DNA of 64,000 nucleotides from an uncultured Tissierellaceae bacterium. GTDB taxonomy: Bacteria; Bacillota; Clostridia; Tissierellales; Tissierellaceae. Positions 50,119-59,584 of the stretch are shown one piece after another. The first letter of the stretch is position 1. Each line of letters begins with the position of its first letter. The stretch spans positions 7,023-71,022 of the forward strand of contig CAZGQG010000004.1 in the NCBI GenBank assembly GCA_964527205.1, read 5' to 3'. A program made the translations under genes and the position numbers. Under the pieces are notes generated by a model. It did not search any database, had not been told where the DNA came from, and saw only the letters and a list, made by a program, of their open reading frames with translations.

Positions 50119-50164
50119 TTCCTCATCTCCTTTTATTCTCCTAGTTAGACTATCTTATAATCAA

Positions 50165-50209
50165 ATTATATCATTATTTTTTCCCATTGTACCTAGCCGC
50201 AGTGGCTAG
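50165..50209 (-). promoter_or_regulatory. Second copy of the palindrome + extended -10 promoter architecture
   Basis: CTAGCC-N5-GGCTAG at 50193-50209, exactly 22 nt spacer, TATAAT at 50165-50170 preceded by TGA. Flanking bases are also conserved with the copy at 40115-40159 (AAAACTAGCC...GGCTAGGTA.AA). Confidence 0.55.
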
Positions 50210-50249
50210 TTTTATCCCTATAAGTTGATTTTCTTTCTCTTTCTTTGCA

Positions 50250-50293
50250 ATTAAAAGAAGACACCATGCATATTATTCATGCACAGTGTCTCC
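50250..50293 (-). terminator. Terminator after the CAP-domain gene
   Basis: Hairpin gagacac..tgcatg/catgca..gtgtctc (two internal mismatches) followed by a T-rich tract on the minus strand. Confidence 0.5.
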
Positions 50294-50295
50294 TT

Positions 50296-51396
50296 TTAAT
50301 CTGAAAAATTCATAGCACACCAGTAACCCCTGGCTAATAAAATATAATCATTGTTTTTACTATTCTTATATATATCTCCCTTGTATCCTCTTGGTATTTT
50401 ACTATACTTGACCTCTCTTATAGGATTATCTGTGTCCTTAAAGCCTATGCCTATTTTTCTTAAATTAGGGTCTACCATGTTGGCATAGTGGCCCGGTGAA
50501 TTGTAGAAGGACTTGTATATTTCCTCCCCTGTTCTATAGCCATAAGAACAATTTTCTGCTGCTGCTCTATAATTTAGATTGAATTTATTGTATAGGTCCC
50601 TTAAAGTTCCGTAGGAACCTGTATGGGCCAGCTTGTTTTCCTTGTACATATCTTCTGCCTTGTACTGGGATATTTGATTTAAAGTTTCATCTAATTCTAA
50701 AGGCTCTCTACCTAGACTTTTTCTTTCTTCATTTATCATTTCCAGTATTAGCTCTCTTTGATCCTGTTTTTCTCCCTTTGTCCATTCCCTATAGTTATTC
50801 TTATCTAGCTTAATGCCCTGAGCATTAATATAAGAATCTGATTCCTTAACATTGGTCTTCACTATAACAGGATCCTTAGATTCTAGATTAGCCATTTTTG
50901 GATCAGATAGCATTAGGACTGTATTGCTTGAAAAGTCCCAAGCTACCTTAAATCCAAGCTCATCCGCCAGGTCTCTAAGTTTGTAGTAATTGTGTCCTCC
51001 TATTAGATAGGCCATGAGAAAAACCTCTTCCCCGTCCTTGTAGAGTTTTGCTGTGCTTTTTCTTGCCTTTTCCTCTATGTAGGGAGTACTGATTTGAGAG
51101 CCTGGACCCTCTCTTGTATATATACTAGAGGTCCTTAAATTTATGGCCTTCTTTTCTCCATTCCATTCTATTTGGAATTCTGATTTTGTGTCTTTAAGTA
51201 TATGGGCTACATCCCTTAACATAAAGTAATTGTTGCCTCCTATATTATAGGCCCTAGGGTCTCTTAGCTTCCCATCTAGACTTATATTCTGTTTTGTTGG
51301 AATTGCCCTTAAGGTTTTCTCTGCCCCTGCTTCTACTATTCCCCTGCTAGTTATCAAAAGTATGCCTACTAGTAGCAATATTATTTTCTTTTTCAT
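50296..51396 (-). CDS. Secreted protein: stalk-domain repeats + C-terminal CAP/SCP (YkwD-like) domain
   Basis: 366 aa with a signal peptide, two NNYFMLRDVA/HNYYKLRDLA stalk-type repeats, and CAP motifs (LAHTGS..., NCSYGY, SPGHYANM). Confidence 0.65.
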   Translation of the reverse strand: MKKKIILLLVGILLITSRGIVEAGAEKTLRAIPTKQNISLDGKLRDPRAYNIGGNNYFMLRDVAHILKDTKSEFQIEWNGEKKAINLRTSSIYTREGPGSQISTPYIEEKARKSTAKLYKDGEEVFLMAYLIGGHNYYKLRDLADELGFKVAWDFSSNTVLMLSDPKMANLESKDPVIVKTNVKESDSYINAQGIKLDKNNYREWTKGEKQDQRELILEMINEERKSLGREPLELDETLNQISQYKAEDMYKENKLAHTGSYGTLRDLYNKFNLNYRAAAENCSYGYRTGEEIYKSFYNSPGHYANMVDPNLRKIGIGFKDTDNPIREVKYSKIPRGYKGDIYKNSKNNDYILLARGYWCAMNFSD

Positions 51397-51414
51397 CTTT
51401 TCCCCCTTCTTCTC

Positions 51415-52887
51415 TTATATACTATAAACTAAGCGACCCTCTACCTCCTCATTTACATTTGGATGGGTCCTTAGCCACTCTTCTATAACATCATAATCTG
51501 AGGTGCTTATAAGCTTGCCTGGTCCCCTAGCTGTAAGTTCCTCTTTGTCTATACCTAGGTTTTTCTTAGAATTTGCAGCATGGTAGCCTTGGATTGTAAG
51601 TGTGTATTCCCTATCATCCTCCACTTCCCTTCCATATAGCTTTAAGCATTCTAATTCTTCCCTAGAATCTGAATACAGAGCCTGGACATTTTTATTGACC
51701 TGGAAGTATTCTCCTTCACCATTCCTATTTTCAAGTCTCATAATATGACTAAAAATTGTCTTTAGATTCTCACCACTTACCCAGTATTTAATTAGGCTAT
51801 CCTCATAGGGAAAACCTGCCTTTAAACTGGCTAGAGTAATTACTGGACCTAATTCTTCAGTTCTTATGGAACCTGAGCCTAGGAGCATTAGATCTGTCTC
51901 AGCATTGTCAGCTAGGGCATCTGCAAATAAATTGCCTAGGGAAGTTTCCTCCTCTCTGGATGGGTGGGTAAGTTTTCTTGATAGTCTAGATATTATAACA
52001 TTATATTTTTCATCAACTCGGTCCTTATAATATGCTATAAACTGCTCTAAACTGTGATCCACCTCTGCTATTTCATTGTTGATTGGAACTAATTCCCATT
52101 CCCAATCCATAATGGAATTGCTCTTCTCATCCACAACAATATCAAATCTTCCTATTTGATCAGTTCCATAGCCAGCCTGGGCAATGACAATATCATTGAC
52201 CACTGCAGGTTGGTCTAAAATAGTATGGGTGTGGCCCCCAAGGATCATATCCACTCCCCATTCTGGATTTAATAAGCTTGCTAACTTCAGGTCTGATTCA
52301 AATCCTATATGGGTGAGGAGAACTGTTAGGTCTATATCATGGTTCTTATAGGCATTGCAGATTTTTCCTACTTCTTCCACTGCATCTTCAATAGATACAA
52401 AGGTTCCTATTAGCCTATCTAGGGCTATCTTATCCATTACCATTTCAGTGATAACCCCAATAAACATTATGTCAAAGCCTCCAACATTAATTATCTTATA
52501 GGGTGTCATTAATCTTTTCCCATAGTATTTAATATAGAGATTTGCATTGACAATGGGAAAGTTTGCCACCTTTTCAAGAAATAATAAATGAGGAAGACCG
52601 TAATCAAGCTCATGATTACCTAGGGTAACCACGTCTGGTGATAGGAAATTCATTAGCTGTATGGTTGATACTCCTTTGAATTCAGAATCAATAATTGAGC
52701 CCTGAATCATATCTCCAGAGATGGTGTAAATGACATTTTCCTCTTCTTCCCTTACCTTATTTATATAGCCAGAAAGTAGGCCTAAACCTCCAATAAGCTT
52801 GCCACTTTCCTCTTCTATTTCAGCCATAAAATCCCCATGCATATCATTGGAATGTAGGATTGTAAATTTTTGTGTTTTCTTCTTCAT
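51415..52887 (-). CDS. Cytoplasmic bifunctional metallophosphatase/5'-nucleotidase (YunD-like), paralog B
   Basis: 490 aa, collinear with 37285..38757 over the full length, with the same metal-binding motifs and no signal peptide. Confidence 0.8.
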   Translation of the reverse strand: MKKKTQKFTILHSNDMHGDFMAEIEEESGKLIGGLGLLSGYINKVREEEENVIYTISGDMIQGSIIDSEFKGVSTIQLMNFLSPDVVTLGNHELDYGLPHLLFLEKVANFPIVNANLYIKYYGKRLMTPYKIINVGGFDIMFIGVITEMVMDKIALDRLIGTFVSIEDAVEEVGKICNAYKNHDIDLTVLLTHIGFESDLKLASLLNPEWGVDMILGGHTHTILDQPAVVNDIVIAQAGYGTDQIGRFDIVVDEKSNSIMDWEWELVPINNEIAEVDHSLEQFIAYYKDRVDEKYNVIISRLSRKLTHPSREEETSLGNLFADALADNAETDLMLLGSGSIRTEELGPVITLASLKAGFPYEDSLIKYWVSGENLKTIFSHIMRLENRNGEGEYFQVNKNVQALYSDSREELECLKLYGREVEDDREYTLTIQGYHAANSKKNLGIDKEELTARGPGKLISTSDYDVIEEWLRTHPNVNEEVEGRLVYSI

Positions 52888-53005
52888 AATTTATCTCCTC
52901 TTTACCTATAATTATTAGGCCTTTCCAAGGACTTAAGCCTTATATATCCAAGTAGGAACAAACAAATCTACCAAAAGCCATATTTAGTTTCTAAATTACC
53001 TATAT

Positions 53006-53034
53006 ATTATATATAAAAAACACAGGGTTAGCAA
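53006..53034 (-). promoter_or_regulatory. Sigma-A type promoter for paralog B
   Basis: Minus strand: TTGCTA (53029-53034), a 17-nt spacer, then TATAAT (53006-53011). Confidence 0.5.
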
Positions 53035-53041
53035 TACAAAG

Positions 53042-53080
53042 AAAAAACGCCTTTATCATCAATAGATAAGGGCGTTTTTT
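53042..53080 (-). terminator. Terminator after sodA
   Basis: Stem cgcccttatc/gataaaggcg (one G-U pair) followed by T6 on the minus strand. Confidence 0.7.
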
Positions 53081-53122
53081 TATTCTTTAAATTTTTCTAT
53101 TTAATTGTTTTTCTTACGGGTT

Positions 53123-53731
53123 TTACTTTGCTTTCTTATAAAGTTCTTCTGCTTTCTTCCAGTCTACTACATTCCACCATTTGTCTATATATTCTGCTCT
53201 CTTGTTTTTATATTTTAGATAATAAGCATGCTCCCATACGTCTATACCTAATACTACTTTCTTGCCATCTGAGATTGGACTATCCTGATTTGGAGTAGAA
53301 ACTATTTCCAATTTGTCATTGTCAAGTACTAACCAAGCCCATCCACTACCAAATTGTCCAGTTGCCGCTTTTTTGAAATCTTCTTTAAACTTATCAAAAC
53401 CTCCAAGATCTTTATCAATCTTTTCAGCTAATTCTCCTTCAGGTTTTCCACCACCATTTGGTGACATCATTTCCCAGAATAATAAGTGATTATAATATCC
53501 ACCACCGTTATTTCTTACAGCTGTTCTTATTGATTCTGGTAACTTATCTAGAGATTTCAATATTTCTTCAATTTCCATATTTTGGTACTCATCATGTCCT
53601 TCTAAAGCTTTATTTAAATTATCTGTATATCCTTGATGATGTTTAGAATGATGAGTTTCCATAGTTTCCTTATCAATATGGGGTTCTAAAGCATCATATG
53701 CATAATTTAATTCTGGTAATTTAAAAGTCAT
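53123..53731 (-). CDS. sodA: Fe/Mn superoxide dismutase
   Basis: 202 aa: [28 protein letters not shown]..., [15 protein letters not shown]. Confidence 0.9.
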   Translation of the reverse strand: MTFKLPELNYAYDALEPHIDKETMETHHSKHHQGYTDNLNKALEGHDEYQNMEIEEILKSLDKLPESIRTAVRNNGGGYYNHLLFWEMMSPNGGGKPEGELAEKIDKDLGGFDKFKEDFKKAATGQFGSGWAWLVLDNDKLEIVSTPNQDSPISDGKKVVLGIDVWEHAYYLKYKNKRAEYIDKWWNVVDWKKAEELYKKAK

Positions 53732-53800
53732 TGTATATCTCTCCTCTATATATTAAGTTAGTAATTTTCTTCCTAGTATATAGATGCCCAATTTTCTAAT

Positions 53801-53815
53801 TGATAAACATTATCA
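53801..53815. promoter_or_regulatory. Fur-family (7-1-7) box upstream of sodA
   Basis: TGATAAACATTATCA has one mismatch to TGATAAT-N-ATTATCA. It overlaps a plausible -35 of the sodA promoter. Confidence 0.4.
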
Positions 53816-53874
53816 TTGAAAGTTTTTTATTTTAAGCCATTATTCTTAAATATTCACCAAAATTATAAAAAATC

Positions 53875-55611
53875 CTAAAGAAAGTTAAATCCATGTCCCA
53901 CAAGTTTTTTTGTGTATTCATGCCTAGGATCTGCAAAAATCTTTGATGAACTACCACTTTCTACAATCTCACCCTTAGACATTACATAGACCCTATCTGC
54001 AATCTTTCTAGCAACAGCCAGGTCATGGGTTATGTATAGCATGCTAAAACCCTTTTCATTTTGCAGTTTCTTTAGGAGCCTTAGAATATTGGCTTGGGTA
54101 GAGGGGTCTAGCATAGAGCTTATCTCATCAGCTATTAGGATTTTTGGTCTTACAATTAAACTTCTAGCTAGGGAAAGCCTTTGTCTCTGACCTCCGCTAA
54201 GAGTATAAGACTTTCTATTTAAAAAAATATCATCCTGGGGAAGTTGAAGCTCCCCTAGTATCCCTTTAATCTCATCTTCTAAGGATTCATAGGATGCTTT
54301 TTTTATTATCCTTAAGGGCTCAGCTATAACCTCCCTAATGCTTAGTTTTTCATTTATTGCAGAAAAAGGATCTTGAAAGACCATTTGTATGCCCTCTTCC
54401 ATACTTGTAAAATTATTTCCCTTAAGAAGCTTGTCTTCAAAACTTATCTCTCCCCTATCAGCCCTATCTATACCTGATAGGATGCTGGCAAGAGTAGTTT
54501 TACCGGAGCCTGATTCACCAATCAAGGCCACGACTTCTCCACTTTCTATATGAATATTGCAATCAATGCAAGCTTTAACAGATCTATTCTTAGATTTGTA
54601 GATCTTTGATATGTTTTTTCCTTTTAATATGGTAACTATACCCCCTCGGTGGCAGGCTACTTGTCTGTCCTTACCTATGTATTCCAGTTTAGGTTTTTCC
54701 CTGTCACATATGTCTATACTTTGAGTACATCTATTTTTAAAGGGACAGCCTTTATTTTCACAGTCTACACTTCCATCTGGAATCCCCCACATGTCTCCAA
54801 AAATATTAACTGAGGGAGAAGAATTTAATAGGCCCTTGCTATAGCTGTGCCTAGGGGACCTAAGTAAATCTTCTGTTCCACCCTTTTCCACTAGGGAGCC
54901 TGCGTACATAACACAGACCTTAGATGTAAGTTTTAGAACTGTATCTAATTCGTGGGATATAACTAGGAGGGCAAAGTTGTTTTCCTTATATAAGCTGGAT
55001 AGGAGTTCTATTATCTCAGCCTTTGAAACCATATCTAAGGCTGATGTAGGCTCATCTACAATGAGAAGTTCCGGCTCACAGGCCAAGGCCATGGCAATTA
55101 GGACTCTCTGTCTCATACCACCAGAGAGCTCATGGGGATAAGAGTAAAGCATGCCTAAGTCTAAATTCACCTTTGTAAGTAGTTCCTCAATTCTTTTCTC
55201 CCTTGCTTTTCCAGGCAAGCCTGTGTGCCTTACCAAGACCTCATCTATCTGCTCATGAATAGTTAGGAGAGGATTTAATATATCCAGGCTATTTTGAAAA
55301 ACTATAGCCATTTTTTTCCAGCGCAATCCTTCTAATTCTCTTTTTGTTAATTTATTAATATCCTTGTCCTTAAAATATATATTTCCACTTATATGGGCTG
55401 GACTTTTAATAAGACCCATTATAGCCATTGCCATAGAGGTTTTCCCGCTTCCTGACTCCCCTATTATGCCTAAGCTTTCTCCCTTATTTAAGGATAAACT
55501 TAGATTATTAAGGGCGGAGATCCTCTGATCTTCTAACTTGTATTCCAGTGAAAGATTTTCTATTTTTAATAATGAATTATCCATACAAGACACCCCTTTA
55601 TAGTTTTTCAT
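53875..55611 (-). CDS. Fused double ATPase of a peptide/nickel-type (Opp/Dpp/Nik) ABC transporter
   Basis: 578 aa with two Walker A sites (GESGSGKTS, GESGSGKTT) and two signatures (LSGGMRQRV, LSGGQRQRL). The true start may be the internal ATG at 55584. Confidence 0.8.
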   Translation of the reverse strand: MKNYKGVSCMDNSLLKIENLSLEYKLEDQRISALNNLSLSLNKGESLGIIGESGSGKTSMAMAIMGLIKSPAHISGNIYFKDKDINKLTKRELEGLRWKKMAIVFQNSLDILNPLLTIHEQIDEVLVRHTGLPGKAREKRIEELLTKVNLDLGMLYSYPHELSGGMRQRVLIAMALACEPELLIVDEPTSALDMVSKAEIIELLSSLYKENNFALLVISHELDTVLKLTSKVCVMYAGSLVEKGGTEDLLRSPRHSYSKGLLNSSPSVNIFGDMWGIPDGSVDCENKGCPFKNRCTQSIDICDREKPKLEYIGKDRQVACHRGGIVTILKGKNISKIYKSKNRSVKACIDCNIHIESGEVVALIGESGSGKTTLASILSGIDRADRGEISFEDKLLKGNNFTSMEEGIQMVFQDPFSAINEKLSIREVIAEPLRIIKKASYESLEDEIKGILGELQLPQDDIFLNRKSYTLSGGQRQRLSLARSLIVRPKILIADEISSMLDPSTQANILRLLKKLQNEKGFSMLYITHDLAVARKIADRVYVMSKGEIVESGSSSKIFADPRHEYTKKLVGHGFNFL

Positions 55612-56434
55612 TGAAAATTCTTTCTAAATCTCTACTTATGGCAGAAATAGCAAGAATTAGTAACATAGTAACAAGCAATGGGGCCATTACCCACCATTTC
55701 CAGTAGTCTGTAAAATATATGCCCTTAAAATTAATTCCATGATTTAAAATCAATCCCCAACTTTTAGATGTGGGGTCTCCAAGACCTAGAAAAGATAGGC
55801 CTGCCTCTGCTACAATGGCCTTGCTGGTTATCCTTATAATGGTAATAGATAAGATAGGCATAATTTCTGGCAAGAAATGAGTCCTTAATAAATGAAAAAA
55901 ACCAGCCCCATAACTTTCAGCCATTTTAATATAGGACTCTTCCTTAATAGATATGATCTTAGACCTTATTATTCTAGCAGGAGAAGTCCAAGAAAAAAAG
56001 GCAAGAACCAAAACTATATTTCTAATGCTTGGATCAAAAAAAGCACCTAGCAATATCATCATAGGTAAATCAGGTAGGGCAATCATTATATCTACTAGCC
56101 TCATTATAAGCTTATCAATCAGGCCCCCATGGTAGCCAGCTAGGATACCTAGCAGCGCTCCACCTAGTCCTGCTAATAGGGAAGTAGAAAATCCAATAAT
56201 CACACTTATCCTAGCTCCATAAAAGATTTGAGCTAGGAGGTCAATACCCAGATCATCTGTACCTAGGAGATGTTCTCTACTAGGAGCCTCCAAAGCATTC
56301 CCTGAAGGTACTTTATGGGAATGTGTTGATAGGTAGGGTCCAAATACCCCTATGAATATAATTAAAAATACAAATATAATTCCTAGCCTAGCCCCTAGGG
56401 ATAATCTTTTGAAAGCCTCAATATATTTATTCAT
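55598..56434 (-). CDS. Opp/Dpp/Nik-type ABC permease (DppC/NikC-like)
   Basis: 278 aa BPD-type permease; the N-terminal region matches the OppC pattern. Confidence 0.8.
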   Translation of the reverse strand: MNKYIEAFKRLSLGARLGIIFVFLIIFIGVFGPYLSTHSHKVPSGNALEAPSREHLLGTDDLGIDLLAQIFYGARISVIIGFSTSLLAGLGGALLGILAGYHGGLIDKLIMRLVDIMIALPDLPMMILLGAFFDPSIRNIVLVLAFFSWTSPARIIRSKIISIKEESYIKMAESYGAGFFHLLRTHFLPEIMPILSITIIRITSKAIVAEAGLSFLGLGDPTSKSWGLILNHGINFKGIYFTDYWKWWVMAPLLVTMLLILAISAISRDLERIFNEKL

Positions 56435-57406
56435 TTATCTCACCCTTGGGTCAATTTTTTTATAAAATAAATCTGCCAGTAAATTCATAGTTAAAACTAA
56501 AAAAGCAACAAATAAGAATATACCCTGAATCAATACATAATCCCGAACATTAACAGCCTCTCTCATAAGCCTTCCAAGACCAGGATAATTAAATACATTT
56601 TCTACTAAAATTGCCCCTCCCAATACCCCTCCTAGACTCATAAAGACCCTAGTAATAATAGGGAGGAGAGAGTTTTTTAGCCCATGTTTAAATATAATCC
56701 TTTTAGAACTTAGGCCCTTGGCCAGGGCTGTAGTCATATAGTCCTTTGACATTACACTTATCATACTATTTCTAGCCAATAAGTAGAAAGCTCCCACTTG
56801 AGTCAGTACAAGAGCTAGGCTAGGTAGAAGAGCATGGCGAAGAATATCTAAAAACTTATAAAAGCCATTTTTATAGTCCCCAAAGACTGTCATAGCACCA
56901 GAGAGAGGAAAAAAATCAAAGGGTGCTGCTAAAGTAAATAGCAAGAGTATGGCTATTAGAAAAGAAGGTATCTCAGACAATAAGATCATTATAGGATACA
57001 GGCTTCTGTCAATAATGGAATCCCTATACCAGGCAGACAAGCTACCCAGTATGGATCCTAGGACTGCACTGATAAGCAAGGATCCAAGACTTATAAGCAG
57101 GGTCCATCTAGCCCTTTGTAAAACTAGACTTCTTACACTGGCATTGTAATAAATACTATATCCTAGATCTCCCTTAGCCAATTTCATAAGATAATCCTTG
57201 TATTGTTCCCCTAGGCCCTTATCCATTCCATAGTACTTCTTATACTCTATTATTTGCTCTTCACTATAGTTTTGATGGACCCCTCCCTCTTCAGCTGATA
57301 AAAAAGTAAAAGGATCCCCAGGCATTAGCCTGGGAAGAAAAAAATTTAAAGTTATTATTATATAAAATATTATTAAATATTCTAAGAGTTTCTTCGAAAA
57401 ACTCAT
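56435..57406 (-). CDS. Opp/Dpp/Nik-type ABC permease (DppB/NikB-like)
   Basis: 323 aa with the typical start ...LPRLMPGDP and an EAA loop region (TALAKGLSSKRIIFKHGLKNSLLPI). Confidence 0.8.
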   Translation of the reverse strand: MSFSKKLLEYLIIFYIIITLNFFLPRLMPGDPFTFLSAEEGGVHQNYSEEQIIEYKKYYGMDKGLGEQYKDYLMKLAKGDLGYSIYYNASVRSLVLQRARWTLLISLGSLLISAVLGSILGSLSAWYRDSIIDRSLYPIMILLSEIPSFLIAILLLFTLAAPFDFFPLSGAMTVFGDYKNGFYKFLDILRHALLPSLALVLTQVGAFYLLARNSMISVMSKDYMTTALAKGLSSKRIIFKHGLKNSLLPIITRVFMSLGGVLGGAILVENVFNYPGLGRLMREAVNVRDYVLIQGIFLFVAFLVLTMNLLADLFYKKIDPRVR

Positions 57407-57414
57407 ATGACCAC

Positions 57415-58982
57415 CTATTCCATTTCTACATATGATATTTTGTTGTGTGTTACATTATGATGATCAAAGACATGAGTCCAACCATCATATTTTTCAGGCC
57501 TGTAAAGAGTATAGCCACTGGTATTGTAAAGAGTAAGCATAGGCATTTCTTCAGCTATTATCTCTTGTAGCTTAAATATAAGCTCTTTTCTCTCCTCTGG
57601 ATTTACAGCTGACAACTGCTCCCTGGATACTTGGTCAATTTCAGGATTCACATAGCCTGGTATTTGATTGAATTCAGAGTTGTATAGTTCCCTAAGTGTA
57701 TCAGGATCATTACCCCAACCTCCATTACCAGTTAGTGCCAGTTCATAATCAGAATTTTTTATAGCCCCATCCCTGGTTTTTGTATCTAGACTGGTTATAT
57801 TAAGCTTGATACCTATTTTTTCAAAGTTAATCTTTATAAGTTCTCCAATTCTAAGTTCTTCATTGGAATTTCCTATTAGTAAGGAAAATTCATATTCTTC
57901 TCCTCCTAGGAGCTCCCTTGCTTTTTCCAAATCAAAGTCATATTCCTTTACCCCTTCATTATAGAAGGAATGCTCTAAGGGCAAGTATCCTGGACTAGCT
58001 ATTTTACCAGCTCCCCTTCCTACCTTTTCTATTAATTCTTCCCTATCAATGCCATAGGCCATGGCCTGTCTAAGCTCCTTATCCTTAAGCTCTTCTCTAT
58101 TTTCCATATTAAAAAGGATCTTATAACCCCAAAATCCAGGATTTTCTATTAGCTTATAGCTGGGGTATCCTCATATCTAGACAATAAATCAGGATTAATA
58201 TCAGTAATATCTATATCTCCATTCTCAAAGGCCAGAATAGAATCACTTACAGGAATAAATCGAATTTTATCTGCTGCAGGCCTATAGCCCCAGTAATCTT
58301 CAAATACCTCAAATTCATAGGCTCCCTGCTCTTTCTTATAATCTACTAATCTATAGGGACCAGAGCCTATAACCGCTTCTGGACCATCAAATTTTATAGG
58401 ATCATCTACATCTTCCCAGATATGCTTAGGTATAATAGGTATCTTGCCAAAGCGTCCTAAAAGAGTTGCATCAGGAGCTTCTACCTGGATATGAATAGTA
58501 TGATCATCTATTAAGTTTATTTCTTCTATGTAATCCCTTTGGCTTCTGGCTAGGTCGTCCCTAACAGGTGGATGCTCCTTATAATAATCAAAGGAAAATC
58601 TTACATCCTCTGCTGTCATTTCTTCTCCATCCTGCCATTTTACCCCTTCTCTTATTTTAAAGATATAGGATTTTCCTTCTTCATCTATCTCCCAGCTTTC
58701 TGCTAAAAAAGGGATCAAGCCTTCTTCCCCTCTTTCTAAAAGGCTATCAAATATCAGTCTCATCTTATAATAACCAGGACCTCTAGTATAGTGAACAAAG
58801 GGACTAAGGTAACCCCAATCTCCACCTTGTAAATTTAATATAAGAGAATCTTCTACTATTTTATTGTCTTCCAAAACCAGATCCTTATCCTTTTTTAAAC
58901 TATCCCCTTCTTCACCCCTACAAGAAATTAAAAATATAACACTTATAAATATCATGCTAAGCTTTACCAATCTTTTTTTCAT
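57415..58982 (-). pseudogene. Family-5 (peptide/nickel) substrate-binding lipoprotein, split by a 1-nt frameshift
   Basis: ORFs 58149..58982 (lipobox LISC) and 57415..58107 are collinear halves of one SBP. Adding one G to the G4 run at 58162-58165 gives a continuous ...SRYEDTPSYKLIENPGFWGYKILFNMENRE... (522 aa). Confidence 0.6.
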
Positions 58983-59020
58983 ATTAAACCCCTCTTTCTA
59001 TAAATCAGATTTTGCTAAAC

Positions 59021-59437
59021 TTATCTGTCTTCCTTAGGATTTAAAGCTTCAACATAGGGTTTAATATCTAGTACAGGAGTACCATCCAACATATCTACTC
59101 CTTCAAATTCTATATTATTTCCATCTATTCTTGTAAACTTTACAATTGATTGACCAATCCCATTCGGTCTGTTAGGAGATCTAGTGGCAAATACTCCTCT
59201 AATCTCATCTCTTCCATGGGGCTTTAGCTTGAGAGGCACATCCTTTTTTGATTTATGAAAGTGAAAAAGTACCACTCCATAGCTTCCTTCTTCAATTCCA
59301 TCAATCCCATCTAAATACTTAGGTAGGATTTCAATTACTGCCTTCTTATCCTTATTTAAAACACTTTGCCTAGGTAAGTCCTTCCTATCCTTTACTCCTG
59401 ATTTAATATAGCCTATTGATTCCATTCTTATATCCAT
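59021..59437 (-). CDS. TrmO/YaeB (UPF0066) family protein
   Basis: The motif run ...SIGYIKSG...VFATRSPNRPNGIGQSIVKF...GVDMLDGTPVLDIKPY is typical of TsaA/TrmO N-terminal domains. Start set at ATG 59435-59437 after AGGAGA; the track N-terminal extension overlaps the riboswitch terminator. Confidence 0.7.
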   Translation of the reverse strand: MDIRMESIGYIKSGVKDRKDLPRQSVLNKDKKAVIEILPKYLDGIDGIEEGSYGVVLFHFHKSKKDVPLKLKPHGRDEIRGVFATRSPNRPNGIGQSIVKFTRIDGNNIEFEGVDMLDGTPVLDIKPYVEALNPKEDR

Positions 59438-59483
59438 TTCATCTCTCCTATACTTTATTTTTAAAATACAAATACTAGCTAAA

Positions 59484-59512
59484 TAAAAAACCCAAACCTT
59501 GAAGTTTGGGCT
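59484..59512 (-). terminator. Expression-platform terminator of the second B12 riboswitch
   Basis: cccaaac-cttgaa-gtttggg followed by T6 on the minus strand. Confidence 0.65.
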
Positions 59513-59584
59513 AGAATTAACAAATAGTATAGACAAAAATATACAAGTGGACAAAGCACTATAATGTTAAGCTTCCTTCCCTCC

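Noticed and set aside
58100-58170. Programmed ribosomal frameshift in the SBP gene
   Set aside because: The junction has no slippery heptamer or downstream stimulatory structure. A one-base change in a G4/C4 homopolymer fully restores the frame, so an indel is more likely.
59438-59554. N-terminal 39-codon extension of track ORF 59021..59554
   Set aside because: The extension spans the riboswitch terminator hairpin (59484-59512) and has no RBS. The internal ATG at 59437 has AGGAGA upstream, and the conserved TrmO domain starts just after it.
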